NCBI RefSeq assembly: GCF_009914755.1
Contig: NC_060933.1
Direction: 5' to 3' (one strand)
DNA: 64,000 bases
Source: the human T2T-CHM13v2.0 reference genome, Homo sapiens
The translations under genes and the position numbers were made by a program. Positions 13,901 through 27,800 of the stretch are shown piece after piece (within the stretch, counting starts at the first letter, position 1; each line of letters starts with the position of its first letter). The notes beneath the pieces are model-generated. The model ran no database searches. It worked only from the letters and a program-made list of their open reading frames with translations, and was not told where the DNA came from.

Positions 13901-14441
13901 TCTCACTACTGGGTATCTACCCAGAGGAAAATAAGTAATTATTCAAAAAAAAAATACTTGCACATGCATGTTTATGGCAATGCAATTCACAAATGCAAAA
14001 TCGTGGAACCAACCAAAATGCCCATCAATCAACGAGTGGATAAAGAAACTGTGAGAGATATATATATATATACATGATGGAATATTATGCAGCCATAAGA
14101 AGGAATGAATTAACAGCATTTGCAGTGGCCTGGATGACATTGGAGACTATTGTTCTAAGTGAAGTAACTCAGGAATGGAAAACCAAACATCGTATGTTCT
14201 TGCTGATATGTGGGAGCTAAGTTATGAGGATGCAAAGGCATAAGAATGATGCAATGGACTTTTAGGACTTGGGGGGAAGAGTAGGAGTGGAGTAAGAGAG
14301 AGAAGACTACAAATATGGTGCAGTGTTTACTGCTCAGGTGATGGGTGCACCAAAATCTCACAAATCACCACTGAAGAACTTACTCATGTAACCAAATACC
14401 ACCTGTACCCCCAATAACTTATGGAAAAATTAATTTTAAAA
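7921..14441 (+). mobile_element. L1PB1-like LINE-1 (rest of 5' UTR, ORF1, ORF2, 3' UTR), inactive
   Basis: ORF1 fragment 9263-9580 (VTYKGKPIRLTVDFSAETLQARR), EN fragment 10672-11235 ([21 protein letters not shown]), RT fragments 12179-12528 ([14 protein letters not shown]). L1PB1-type 3' end 'caccaaaatctcacaaatcaccact...aaccaaataccacctgt'. TSD at(a/c)agatggg at 7275-7284 and 14442-14451. Confidence 0.93.
9818..10521 (+). mobile_element. ERV1-class solo LTR (resembles LTR30 from memory)
   Basis: 704-bp TG...CA insert with exact 4-bp TSD taag (9814-9817, 10522-10525) interrupting L1 'cacctaacacataaggactcac'. AATAAA at about 10409. Confidence 0.88.
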
Positions 14442-14451
14442 ATCAGATGGG

Positions 14452-16595
14452 AAGCAGTAAAATTTTCTCTAAGGATGACACGATCTTATATATTGAAAAC
14501 CCTACGTGGCCTACCAAAAACTCAGAATTATTAAACAAATTCAGTAAAGTTGCAGGATGAAAAATTAACATGCAAATCAATTGTTTTCTATGCACTAACT
14601 ATGAACTATCCATAAAAACAAACTAAGACAACAATGCCATTTACATTGGCATCAGAAAGAAAAAAAATTTAGAAATAAATGTAACCAAGAAGTTGAATGA
14701 CCTATACACTGAAAACTATAAAACATTAGTGAAAGAAATTGAAGACAAATAAATGGAAAGATATCCTATATTCATCGATTGGTAAAATTAATGTTAAAAT
14801 GTTTATACTACCCAAAGCAATCTGCAGATTCAATGCAATCACTACTAAAATTTCAAAGGTATTTTTCATAGAAATAGTAAAAAATCCTAAAATTTGTATT
14901 GAACCCCAAAAGACCATGAAAAGCTAAAATGATTTTGAGAAAGAATAATTAAGATGAAAGCATCACACTTTCTTATTTCAAATTCTATTACAAAGCTGAT
15001 ATATATTACAAATATTACATATATACACATAGATTACAATATATGATACTGGCCTAATAACAGACACGTAGACCAAAGGAACAAAATAGAGATCCCAGAA
15101 ATAAATCCATATATATACAGTCAATTAATCTTCAGTGTAAGTACCAAGAGGACACAATAGGAAACGGATAGTCTCTTCAAAAATGGTACTGGAAAAACTG
15201 AATATGCACATGCAAAAGAATGAAATGGGACCCTTATTTTACATCATACACAAAATAAACTAAAATTGATTAAAATCTTAGACATATAACCTAAAGCCAC
15301 AAAACTCCTAGAAGAAGACATAGGGGAATGTTTCTTGACAATATTCTTGGTAATAATTTTTTGGGTATGACACCAAAAGCATGGGCAATACAAGCAAAAA
15401 TAAACAAGTAGAACTACACCAAATTAAAAAGTTTTTGCACAGCACAGGAGAGAAATATCAATATAGAAAGGTAAACTATGGAATAAGAAAAAATATTTGC
15501 AAACCGTATGTCTGATAAGGGGTTAAATCCAAAATATATAAGGAATTCAAACAACTCAATAGCAGAAAACAAAACAAAAAAAACCACTCAATTTTTTAAA
15601 AATGAGCAAAGGACCTGAATAGACATTTTTCCAAAGAATACATACAAATGGACTATGGGTATAAGAAAACTGCTCAACATCACAAATCATCAGGGAAATG
15701 CAAATGAAAACCATAAGATATTACCTCATATATGTTATAAAAGCTACTATCAAAGTCAAAAGATACCAAAAGTTGGCAAGGATGTGGAGAAAGGGGAGCC
15801 CTTATGCATTATTGATGGGAATGCAAATTGGTAGAGTCATGGAAAATGGTTTCCCAAAAAAATTAAAACTAGAACTACAATGTGATCCAGCAACCCCACT
15901 TCTGAGTATATATCCAAAGGAAATGAAATCCGTATCTCAAAGAGGTGTCTGCTCTCTCATGTTTATTGCAGCATTATTTGTAAAGCGAAAATATGGATAC
16001 AACCTGTGTGTGTCCATCACGGAATGAATAATACAGAAAATGTGATATGTGTATGTATGATATGTGATGTATATGTAATGATATAATAATATTCTACTTT
16101 TCAGCCTTGAAAAGAAGAAAATCATAGATTTGCAACAATATGGATACCTGGAAGACATTATACTAAGCAATATAAGCCAGAATTGAAAACAAATATTGTA
16201 TGACATCACTTATATGTGAACTATTAAAAAGTCAAACTCACAGAAATAGAGAGTACAATGCTGGTTATCAGGAACTGGAGGGTGGGAGAAATGGAAAGAT
16301 GTTGGTCACAGGGTAAAAAATTTCAGTTATAAGATGAATTAATCCTGGAAATCTAATATACAGCATGGTAAATATAGCTAAGAATAAAGTACTGCTTACT
16401 TGAAATTTGCTAAGAAATTATATGTTCAGTATCCACATCAATTAAAAAAGGTAACCATGTTAATTGATGGATAAATTAATTAGCTTCATTTTGCTAATTA
16501 TTTCACAATGTATAGTTATACCAAATCATGGTGTACTCCTTAAATGTATAAAATTTTCATTTGTCAATTATACCTCAATAAAGCTGGATAAACAA
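14452..16595 (+). mobile_element. Old L1 (L1MA9-like), 3' portion: ORF2 C-terminus and 3' UTR
   Basis: Resumes just before the YADD-equivalent 'gatgacacgatcttatat'. L1MA9-type end 'gaaatttgctaag...ttgtcaattatacctcaataaagctgg'. Confidence 0.9.
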
Positions 16596-16699
16596 ATGCA
16601 CATTTAAATAAAAATAATTATTTTGAATAAAATGCCATGTATGCTTTAATGAAAGTTAACATAGTATGTGTTCCTGACATAAATTATAATTCTCCAACT

Positions 16700-17120
16700 C
16701 TCCAGTTAATCCCCTATGAAGGGGTTTGACATGTTTGCCATGTTAGTGGCTATGCTTGAAAGCAGAGAGTATACATCCTTACCTCATTTTCAGGCTAATC
16801 TAGGCAATTTCTTTGGGGTGGAAAGTGGGCAGGCATGATGTATGCCACATTGAAACAGAAGCTTTAAATGGAATTGTATCGTTTTTTGGTCTCTTGCCTT
16901 CCTGTTTCACTAGGCAATGAGAACAGCATAGTCTGTATAGTTCAGATAGAGATTACTCTGTCATCCTGGGTTCAAGATTGAAAAGACACAAAAAATAAAG
17001 ACAAGCAGGGTCACATAGAGATGTATGCAATCTGCAGACCAGTGAACAAAAAAATAAACATTTTCCATTTAAAGCCACTGAAATTTAAGAGTTATATGTT
17101 ATATGTTACTACAACAAAAC
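16700..17120 (+). mobile_element. Old MaLR LTR (MLT1I/J-like)
   Basis: 'aaataaacattttccatttaaagccactgaaatttaagagtt...tgttactacaaca' is a typical MLT1 3' end. 5' boundary approximate. Confidence 0.6.
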
Positions 17121-20100
17121 AGAAAGAGAGAACATAATTTCTTATGTAAACTCCATTAATATGAACTGCAGAATATTCTGATTTTCTGTGAATTAACATG
17201 AAGTTAATTCACATTTAGACATCAGGTAGCAAGCCTTCAATACTTTTTGTAACATAACATTTATTCTTCATTTTAAATAATTTAGGAAAGTTACTGATGC
17301 TTCTAATAAAATTTGTAAAATTTCAGATTCTATTACTCAAGGTATCTCACTATTTGTGTTTTCCTCTAACTTTTCATTTTTTTTTTCTGTTCTGAGTGTC
17401 CTTTGAAGTACCACTCTGATTCCTGTTGAGAGATTTTATTAATTAAGCCTATATTAAAAATGTCTTTCTGCCAATCTCTGTGGAAGTCATTTGAGCCAAA
17501 GATGTTCTCTTTAACACTATTAAATAATGTCCCCCATCCCCACATGCAGAGACTGTGAAAATCAGGAATATATTGCTCAATTATTTCGCTCATTTGATTT
17601 TGTAGTCTATGTATACAGTTCTGGTTGATGAGTTCTTAGAATTCTATCAACGTTCTTGGCATTTTTGGCAACCATTTGCCCATGACATTGAATGTCCAAA
17701 GGTTTGAATAATTTCAACACCTGTAAAAGGGTTGTTATTGCTATTGTAGCCTTATACTTGCTTTCCAAATCAAATGGCTCCACATTTAATTATCACCAGA
17801 CAGAAATGAAATGCTTTAAAGAATGCAGTTGGCTCAAAATGACTTCTTACAGTTACCATCTGTCTTATTGAAAGACTATACATCACTTTATATATCCAAA
17901 ATGCAACATTCTCATTAATATATGTACATTGTCTTTTTATTCTGTTAAATGATACCAATTTGTAGCAAACCCAGAACAATAACTACACATACTCAAAGCC
18001 TAATGACAGTTCCTTTCTCCTATACAATTTCTTAAAAATTCAGCATGTGACCTTACAGTTCAAATATATCACTGAAAAGATGCCTTTTGGCATCCCTAGT
18101 GTATATTAATCAGCAACTTCAGAACACCCATAAACATGGTAATATTTAGGCAAGCTACAAAACAGCGAAACAAACTTCCTTTTAGGCTAGAAACTTTGTT
18201 AGTTGGTTGCTTTACAATTTTCCATGAAATATGTTTTAAAAATCATGTACAATATGTATTCCTTACTTCAGTACATACTAGTACAGAAAAATTGACTTTC
18301 CTGAGGACTAGTGAATAAGCATAGTGCAACAAGCATAGATTATGCTTTTGTCTTATAACATGACTCTTGAAAGCATGCCTAACAAACTCCTTGTTAATAT
18401 TGTTTACTCTTAGAAATAATGTATTCTACTTCTTCCTTCTTAATAGTTCTAGACATGTATATAACTTTTTCCCTAGTCACTATGTCACTTAACGTTCCCA
18501 AGTGCCAAATTTTGAGTAAGATAGCTGCATACTTCAACTTCTAACTAGGAAACAAGGAGGGAGACATATTCAATATGTCAAGTGGAAATACCGTTGTCCT
18601 CATTTTTTAATAATTGCTATCCCTCTGATTTAGATGCCTGTGTTCTCATTCCAGGCAGTGAGATGTGTTGCTCTAGTGCTTTATAGTTCTCCATGCAGAG
18701 GCTCCTACACTTCAGAGCCATATCCAGACCAAAACCTAGTCTAGCTGAATTGATAGGAACTACACAACCAAATATCAGATCCATGTTAGTGAAAGCGTTC
18801 AAAAGCATATGAATCAGATAAATCTTCTGTATTACCTAGCTTTCATCTTGTCTTTTATTTCTTGGCACTCCTTTGAAGCAGAGAATATTTAGGAACCTTT
18901 TCAAAAAGATCAGATGCTTTAACGAATAAGAATTTTATCTATGCTGTCTCAGCAATTTTTAAGAAAAGAAAAACAATGAGGTTTTAGCAATGAAAGATGT
19001 TTATTTAGCAGAAAGGCTATTTGACAAACCATGTAGTCAATGAACCTAATTCTGAAGCACTGAGTTTGTGTACTGGAGCCTCAAGTATCTGGCAGAGTGG
19101 TTTCCTTTTTAAAATTCATGACATCATTCTCGGTGCTTCAAGTTTGGCTCAACATGAGAAATCTCCTTCTGTGGATGAATTAATTGGATTATTGGCTCTA
19201 TGGGAAAAAGAATCCCTCCAAATCTCTTTAGGAAGAAATTAGTATCTTGAACTAGGTTTTCCATTCCCTAAGGGGGAACAACATCTCTTGATAAATATAA
19301 CAAATTGCTTCCCCAAATTTGTTAAAACTAGTTCAATATTCTGCTTTAATTGTTTTGTCAAGTGCTAGTATGGAAAGAATTTTCATTGGCATGGATAATC
19401 TATGAACAAAGGAACACAAAAGAATGAGTGTTGAGCCAGTAAATAAGTTCATGTTTTAAATATAATTGTATTTATTTGGGAAAAAAGATTTTTGAAAGAT
19501 AGAAAAAATATTATGAGAGCCTTATACTCTTATTAAAATATAAGACATAGTATACAGTGTTGTCCTGTTGGAAAACGTTCCATATTTCTTGACTATCAAC
19601 AATTAAAATATTTTATCATATATTATAAAGCACTTTGTTGTTGTTCTGTGAACTTGAACTACATATATCTCTATCCACAAGGCAGAGTTTAGCAATGTCA
19701 CCTCTATAAGTACAGCTTAATTTATATTTTCTGTCTTTTCACCAGCCTTGCCACAAATTTGTCCCAATGTTGGGGGGTGGGTGGAGTTTGCAATCTGTGC
19801 TCACTATATATCAAACCTATAATAAGCCATCATATTTTTTATTACAAAGAAAAATGTACTTTCCTATATATTTCAGAGAAAGTACAATTTTTAATATAAA
19901 AAGCACATACTTCACTTCAAAATGTTGAATAAGGATGTACTTAAAGAATTCCAGCTGGTTAAATTTAGAAAGCTAAACAAAGTCCAATCTAAGAATATTC
20001 TTTGGCTTTATGCCTACAGCATTTTTATTTGATTGTAAATTGGACATATTTTCATTCACTTCAGAATTTTGCCTTTCAGTGGTTTGTTCTCTTAAGAGAT

Positions 20101-20264
20101 TCAACAGGTTCTGATTCACATGTAGGCACCAGTATTAACCCCCTACTTTCTGAGGACAGTTGTATCATTTAGAGTCAGTGATGGACCATCGCCCCTTCAC
20201 TTTCTATCTACAACATTTTCTATGAGTAACTGTGACTAGAAAGGTTAACCTTTCTTTCTTATGC

Positions 20265-21710
<1,446 letters not shown>

Positions 21711-21714
21711 CTGG

Positions 21715-21920
21715 GACGACAACAACCTTCTTACAACATGAGGAAATGTACAAGAGATTTTTGAGAGATATGAACTCTGACTCATTAAGCTTCTAAACCA
21801 ATACCAACAACTGTCTACCTCCAGACTATTTTGTAGGGTAGAAAACAAACCCTGGTTTATATAGTCCAGAACAGTTGGGATTCCCATTACTTGAAGCCAA
21901 AAGCAACTCTAACTGATGCA
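21715..21920 (+). mobile_element. MLT1K/L-like LTR 3' fragment
   Basis: 'ctacctccagact...ttacttgaagccaaaagcaactctaactgatgca' resembles an old MLT1 end. Confidence 0.55.
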
Positions 21921-22009
21921 AATGCCACTTGGGGAATGCTGGATTTTAGAACTACTCAAGAATACACGGAAGTCCCACTTTACTGTGGTGTTTTTTTTTT
22001 AAGGACAAA

Positions 22010-22200
22010 CAATAATCATAGTAATAATAAGAGTCTACATTAATTGTTGTATTTAATTTCATAAAGAACTGACTTTACAAAATAGGCACTACTGTGCTTA
22101 TTTTACAGATAGTGAAACAGAAACTCAGTTTGGCACAAGGTCTTCCACTTTCTAAACCTATTTTATCCAACTAGAAAGTTCATGCTCTTCACTATGGCCT
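22010..22200 (-). mobile_element. MIR fragment
   Basis: 'attttacagatagtgaaacagaaactcag...cacaaggtc' is the reverse MIR core. Confidence 0.6.
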
Positions 22201-22217
22201 CCCCAGTAGTGCAATAA

Positions 22218-22737
22218 TGTGGTAGGAGACCAACAGGACTTGTTTTCCGGTCACAATACTGCTGACCAAAACAAGATCCAGTCCAGAAGGGATGAAGTGA
22301 AAAAATGGGAAGGAACCAGTAGATGGCAAAGAAAGCTATCCCTAGCTGCCCTCATTGCTCATTAGCATAAGATACTCCTACCAATGCCATGACAATTTAC
22401 AAAAGCCTTGGCGATGATCCAGAAGTTACCGCCTCTTTCCATGGCAATGATCTAAAAATTACTGCCTCTTTTCTAGAAATTTCTAAATACCCTGCCCCTG
22501 TCAATTTGCATTGACTTATCCCTTAATTTGCATAAAATTGAAAGTGAGTTTGCCTGAGTATAAACAGAGTTGCCAAAAGCTCATACCTTATTGACTCTAG
22601 GCGCACTGCCTATGAGTTAGCCCTGCTTTGGAAGAAGCAGTACAGTTCAGTTAAAGATTGCTAACAACACTAGATTATCGTTGAGTACTTTCCTGTATGA
22701 AGCCCCAGTCTGGGGACTCAGCTGTCCTGTAATATCA
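22218..22737 (+). mobile_element. ERV1 solo LTR, MER66-like (MER41 group)
   Basis: Starts 'tgtggtaggagaccaacaggacttgttttc', contains 'cattagcataagatactcc', 'ccatggcaat', 'ccttaatttgcat', ends in 'atca'. Flanks ataa/gtaa fit a 4-bp TSD with one mismatch. Confidence 0.75.
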
Positions 22738-23058
22738 GTAAAAGATCTTTCTTGAAATTTTTTCTAAATAACTGGGAATTCACATTCAGGGGTCTCCACA
22801 GTCTACATCTTTGGACTTGGTACTTTGGAAAGGCATGCAAATTTGACCAATGGAGGACCTGCTCCATTGAAGAGTGAGGCCATAAGAACCCAGTCTGGCA
22901 ATTCAAAGAGGAGTATTTACTAATGGTTAAGGAAGTAAGGTCAAGATTTTGTTGATTTTATGCCTCATGTACAAATATATGGGAAGTAGATGCTATTGAA
23001 AACTGGATGATAAAAATTATGTAACAATATCCTGAGATGTCTGGAAGGGAATTACTAA

Positions 23059-23390
<332 letters not shown>

Positions 23391-24169
23391 GAGAAATAGT
23401 AAATAATAATTCTTAAGCTACTTTCCAGTTTCTGAGAATCTTCTTGTTCAGAAACAAGTATACATATAACATCTGTTGGCTTTTTGCTACATGATATTTT
23501 CAACAAACCTGTAAAGGACGCTAAATTGTGCTATTAAACTCTGGGAGGAAAAAACAACTCTTGAAAATAACTAGGGCTGTAGTTTTTCAAGGAAGAAGTT
23601 CAAGTTGAAATTCTCAGGCTTAGTATAATTATATAAATATCAATACCAGAAAGAAAAATGAATTCACTAAGAGTTCAAAGGACCAAACCAAGTTTGACTG
23701 AAAGATTAGAGATAAGACAGAAAATGACACATGCATATTTGGAAAGAATGTTTAACAGAAAGAAATAAACCTTCACTTGGGCATAATTTTTTTAAGTCGA
23801 AATCACTTACTGGCACTTTTGAAGATGCAGTCATGTAGCAAACCTGTTTCAACTGATAAAACAAAGCCTAATGTCTTCTACACAATCAGAAAGAGAGACA
23901 AGTGCTTCTTCCAATTAATTGGTGGAGCCTGTTTCAATACTGATTAGGTCTTCCACACACTGAGCAATGAAGGAAACCAAAGGAGTCCTGGTTACCAAAT
24001 ACTAGAAATTGAAAATGAAGTGAGGCAGGAAATTTAGCGTGGTTGTTTTGTAACTTATAGAACTACAATTCAGTAGCATTTTTAAACATTACTTTGTCTC
24101 TAGCCAGCATTCCACCTCTTTAAAATAAAAGCAAAATTCAAGTGTTAGTTTATTTTGTGTAATAACACT

Positions 24170-24290
24170 TTACATTTTACAAAGTGTTTTCAGAGACATT
24201 ATCCTACTTGACCTTCCTAACCACCAATGAGGTAGAGTTATGATTACTATCTGACAGATGAAGAAACTAAAGCCAGTGAAGAAAAATAAA
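24170..24290 (-). mobile_element. MIR fragment
   Basis: 'aaccaccaatgaggtag...tgacagatgaagaaactaaagcc' is the reverse MIR core. Confidence 0.6.
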
Positions 24291-24324
24291 ATTATGAAAT
24301 TGCTTGCTCTTCTGCTTATGACAA

Positions 24325-24719
24325 TGTTAAAAAAAAAAAACCCTTAGACACATTAAATTTAAAAAGTTTAACTGAGCAAAGAACAATTCCTGAATCAGAC
24401 AGCCTCCTGAAACAGATCTAGAGAGATTCAAGCATAGCCACAAAGTGGAAGATTTATGGACAGAAAAAGGAATGTGATGTATAGAAAAGGGAAGTGAGGT
24501 ACAGAAATAGCCAGATTGGTCACAGCTGGGCATTTGCCTTATTTGAACGTGGTTTGAATAACTGGCAGCTTTCGATTGGCCAAAACTCAGTGATTGGCAC
24601 AAGAGTAGGTTAGTCTATTTAGCCATCCAGTTAGGTTACAGTTCATTATGTACAAAGAATCATTTACGCTGAACTTAAAATATGTAAGGAGGCAGCTTTA
24701 GGTTAAACTTGATTTAACA
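24325..24719 (-). mobile_element. ERV1 solo LTR, MER57-like
   Basis: Termini tgttaaa...tttaaca with exact 4-bp TSD acaa (24321-24324, 24720-24723). Contains 'ggaagtgaggtacagaaa', repeated gattgg and 'aaggaggcagctttagg'. Confidence 0.85.
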
Positions 24720-24723
24720 ACAA

Positions 24724-24985
24724 TAACCATAAAAACAAGACCACCAGTTATTGGCCATTTGGTATTAATAGATGGCAGGAATTATCTTAAGCACTTTAAA
24801 TATAATACCTCATCAATCATAAAAAAATTTTGCAAGCTACATATTATTGTCTTCACACTACATGTGAGGGATATTGAGGATGAGACAAGTGAAATAACTT
24901 GTCCAAAATCACATGGATGATAAGTTATAGACTCAAAATTTAAGCCCATATCTGTTTGGTTGTAAGCCCTGTGCATTAAAAAGAA
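24724..24985 (-). mobile_element. MIR
   Basis: 'aagtgaaataacttgtccaaaatcacatgg...aaaatttaagcccatatctgtttgg' is the reverse MIR core. Confidence 0.65.
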
Positions 24986-25625
24986 AAAAATTGGCTGTAC
25001 TATACTACTCTTTGCTAAATTAATGACTTTCTTAACCCACTATATTAAAATTGCATATATATGCATTTGCAAATACTTATTTACATACATTATACACATA
25101 TACTCACATAATTCAAGTAGTGTAGGCATGATTTATATATGTCTTTACTTTTAAAAGGTTCTATTTAATGCCTAGATTGGGTAAAAAGCAAATGAATAAA
25201 TTTTTTTCACTTTTATCATCTGAGGCCATTTGTCATTCATTACACAAAGTTATGCAAATAAGTTCGAATTGTAAAGACATGCTTAAATTTTACAAGCTCT
25301 GAATTTCACACTAGGGAATGAGGATAAACAAATTGTATTATGTTCTGAAAAGTCTACTAAGTAATAAGTAATTTGTTAAAGTAAAAGAAGTCTAAAAAGA
25401 GTACAACTTGGTTTTGACCATTGCTACATCACAATTAGTACCAATGTAACCATTCTACCAATTTCAACATTTAAGGAATGCCTATTTCGTACTAAACATT
25501 GTGCTACAAAGATGAATAAGACATAACCTTTGTACTTGAAGACCTGAGGATCTAGTATATGAGATATGCAAAAATGGACAAATTCAAGTCAATAAGGTCA
25601 GTACAACAATAGAGATGACAAGGTA

Positions 25626-26066
25626 TGCTATGGACTGTATGTGTCTCCCCCACAAATTCATATATTGAAAGCCTAATCCCCAGTGTGATAGTATGTGGAA
25701 ATGCAGCCTTTAGGAGGTAGTTAGGGTATGAGGATGGAGGTGAGGGCATCTTAGGGCATGAGGATGGAGGTGAGCCTTTAGGAGTTAATTAGGGCATAAT
25801 GGAGTGAAGTGAGGTTGATGATGGGACTTGTGGCCTTATAAGAACACTAATATGCTTGCTTCCGCTCTCGATCTCTCTCTATCCCCTACATGAGGACATA
25901 AGGGGAAGATGGCTAACTGCAAACCAGGAGGAAGGCTCCCATCAGAACCTAACCATGGACTCTGATCTCTGACTTTCCAAACTCCAGAAGGGTAAGAAAT
26001 AAAATTATGTTGTTCAAACCATCTGTCGTATGGTACTTTTGTTGCAGGAGACTTAACTGACTAAGA
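25626..26066 (+). mobile_element. MaLR solo LTR (MLT1A/MSTD-like) inside an L2 relic
   Basis: Starts 'tgctatggactg...aaattcatatattgaaagcctaatcccc', ends 'aaataaattatgttgttcaaacca...actgactaaga'. Flanks (about 25470-25620 and 26067-26200) resemble reverse L2. Confidence 0.8.
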
Positions 26067-27384
26067 GTTCTTCAGGAGCTTAGAGAGAAATCATAAACAA
26101 GCAAGTAAAATCAAGAAAGTCCTGTGGGAGATGACGCCTGAAGCAACCATTTAAAGGACAAGTAGAGATGAGCCGGCAAAGAAGGGAACACACAGCATTG
26201 TGAAAAGAGGCACAACCCAGAAACTTTCACACCCTTCATCTCATAACACTAAGGTCGTACATGCGTGAAGAGAGAGAACAACCACCACCCTTAGAAGGCC
26301 AATTTAGTTTAGAGAAGAAATTCTACTTCCAATGGGCTTATTCTTTAATTTATATTAAACTTAAATTGAGACTGCACTGTTTCTCTATTTACTCTCTGAA
26401 ATGCTCATGCCCTTAATCAACAGATTATTATTAAAGACTATGTTAATATCCAATTGTTTTCATTAATGACATTTAGGACAGAAAGGTATATTCAGGTTAA
26501 AAAAAAGAAAAAAATGCCATACTGAATACCAGAAAATATAAATATTAGACATTCTTTTCAAGCCCCTGAGGCTTTCTTGTGGGCATTTTGATAATAGTAA
26601 AAGTTTTACTTCAGGGTGCCATCTTGAATGAGCCAAATTTAGAACCTTAATTCTAATTGAAATTTTAACCTCCCAAAATGATATGCATATGAAAGTGTTG
26701 CTTATATCTCCTTAGTAAATTTGCAGATCTAAAATGCATCATTCTCATACAGCCATAGTATCTGTGCTCTTTGCTGTCTTTTTGAAATCTCATGACAATC
26801 TCTTTTATTTGAAATAAACATGCTATTTTTTTTAAAAAAAAATCACTCATATGGTAATATAAGAAGATCGAAGTAATTTGGACTAAACCTAAGAAGTGAT
26901 TCTCTTCTTCTATCATTTATAATTTCTGTCTTCTGAGTTATTATAGAAAATTTATGGCATGGTCACCCTTAGAATTAAGACTCTGCTTTGACACAGGAAG
27001 ATACCTCCTGGTAACAGTGACCCTACATTCCTAACTTGGGTCACAGTCTTGATTGCAACTATCCTTCCTTTTTGTACCTATAAGTTAATTAATGCATGCC
27101 AGTTCACAAGCCAGGCCTTGGACAGGCATTTAGAAAACAAAATTGAAAAATGGATTCTGCCCTCAAGAGTTTTATGGTCAAATGGGAGACAAACATTTGT
27201 AAACAGATAATACTGGCATTGGCTCATCCCTTTTGGATCACTAACGTTGTAATTTTATTACAATTCGATTAAACTTTGGGATATTTTGAGATTCATTCTT
27301 GTTGTATTTATCCTCAATAATTTCATCCATTTGAGAAAGCTATGGACGCCAAGGTCATAAATCAGTTACAGTCAAAAATATATA

Positions 27385-27800
27385 TTGGCATAGTGCTTTA
27401 TAATGTACAATGTGCTATCATATACATTAATTCTTTAATTCTACCTTGAGGTAGGTACTTTTACAACCTTTCCTATTTTCCTTTTGAGATAAGTGAAGTT
27501 GAGAGGTTAAGTGACTTGCTCAAGGGCAGGTACCTGTAACAACTAAACCAAGTTATTTGATTCAAGCAGATGATATATTAATCACAATATAATAGCTAAG
27601 ATATGGGTATATTCTATATGTAAGATGTAAGGCTCTGCATCCATTAACAACTTTATTCTTCATTAAGAAAACTATGAGGTTTGTCCATTTTGCTCATTTT
27701 TTATATGAACAATAAAGCAAATTGGCTAAGGCTACATAGCCACTAATTGTTAGAAACAGCATAGAAGCAGACATGTGCCTTCAGAGATACAGTTCTTTAC
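27385..27800 (-). mobile_element. Two adjacent MIR fragments
   Basis: 'gagaggttaagtgacttgctcaagggca' and a second weaker core near 27670-27790. Confidence 0.55.

Noticed and set aside
17366-17730. Possible minus-strand coding exon after the acceptor-like 'cttttacag' at about 17721
   Set aside because: All three frames stop within about 40 codons, the pyrimidine tract is short, and I recognise no host protein.
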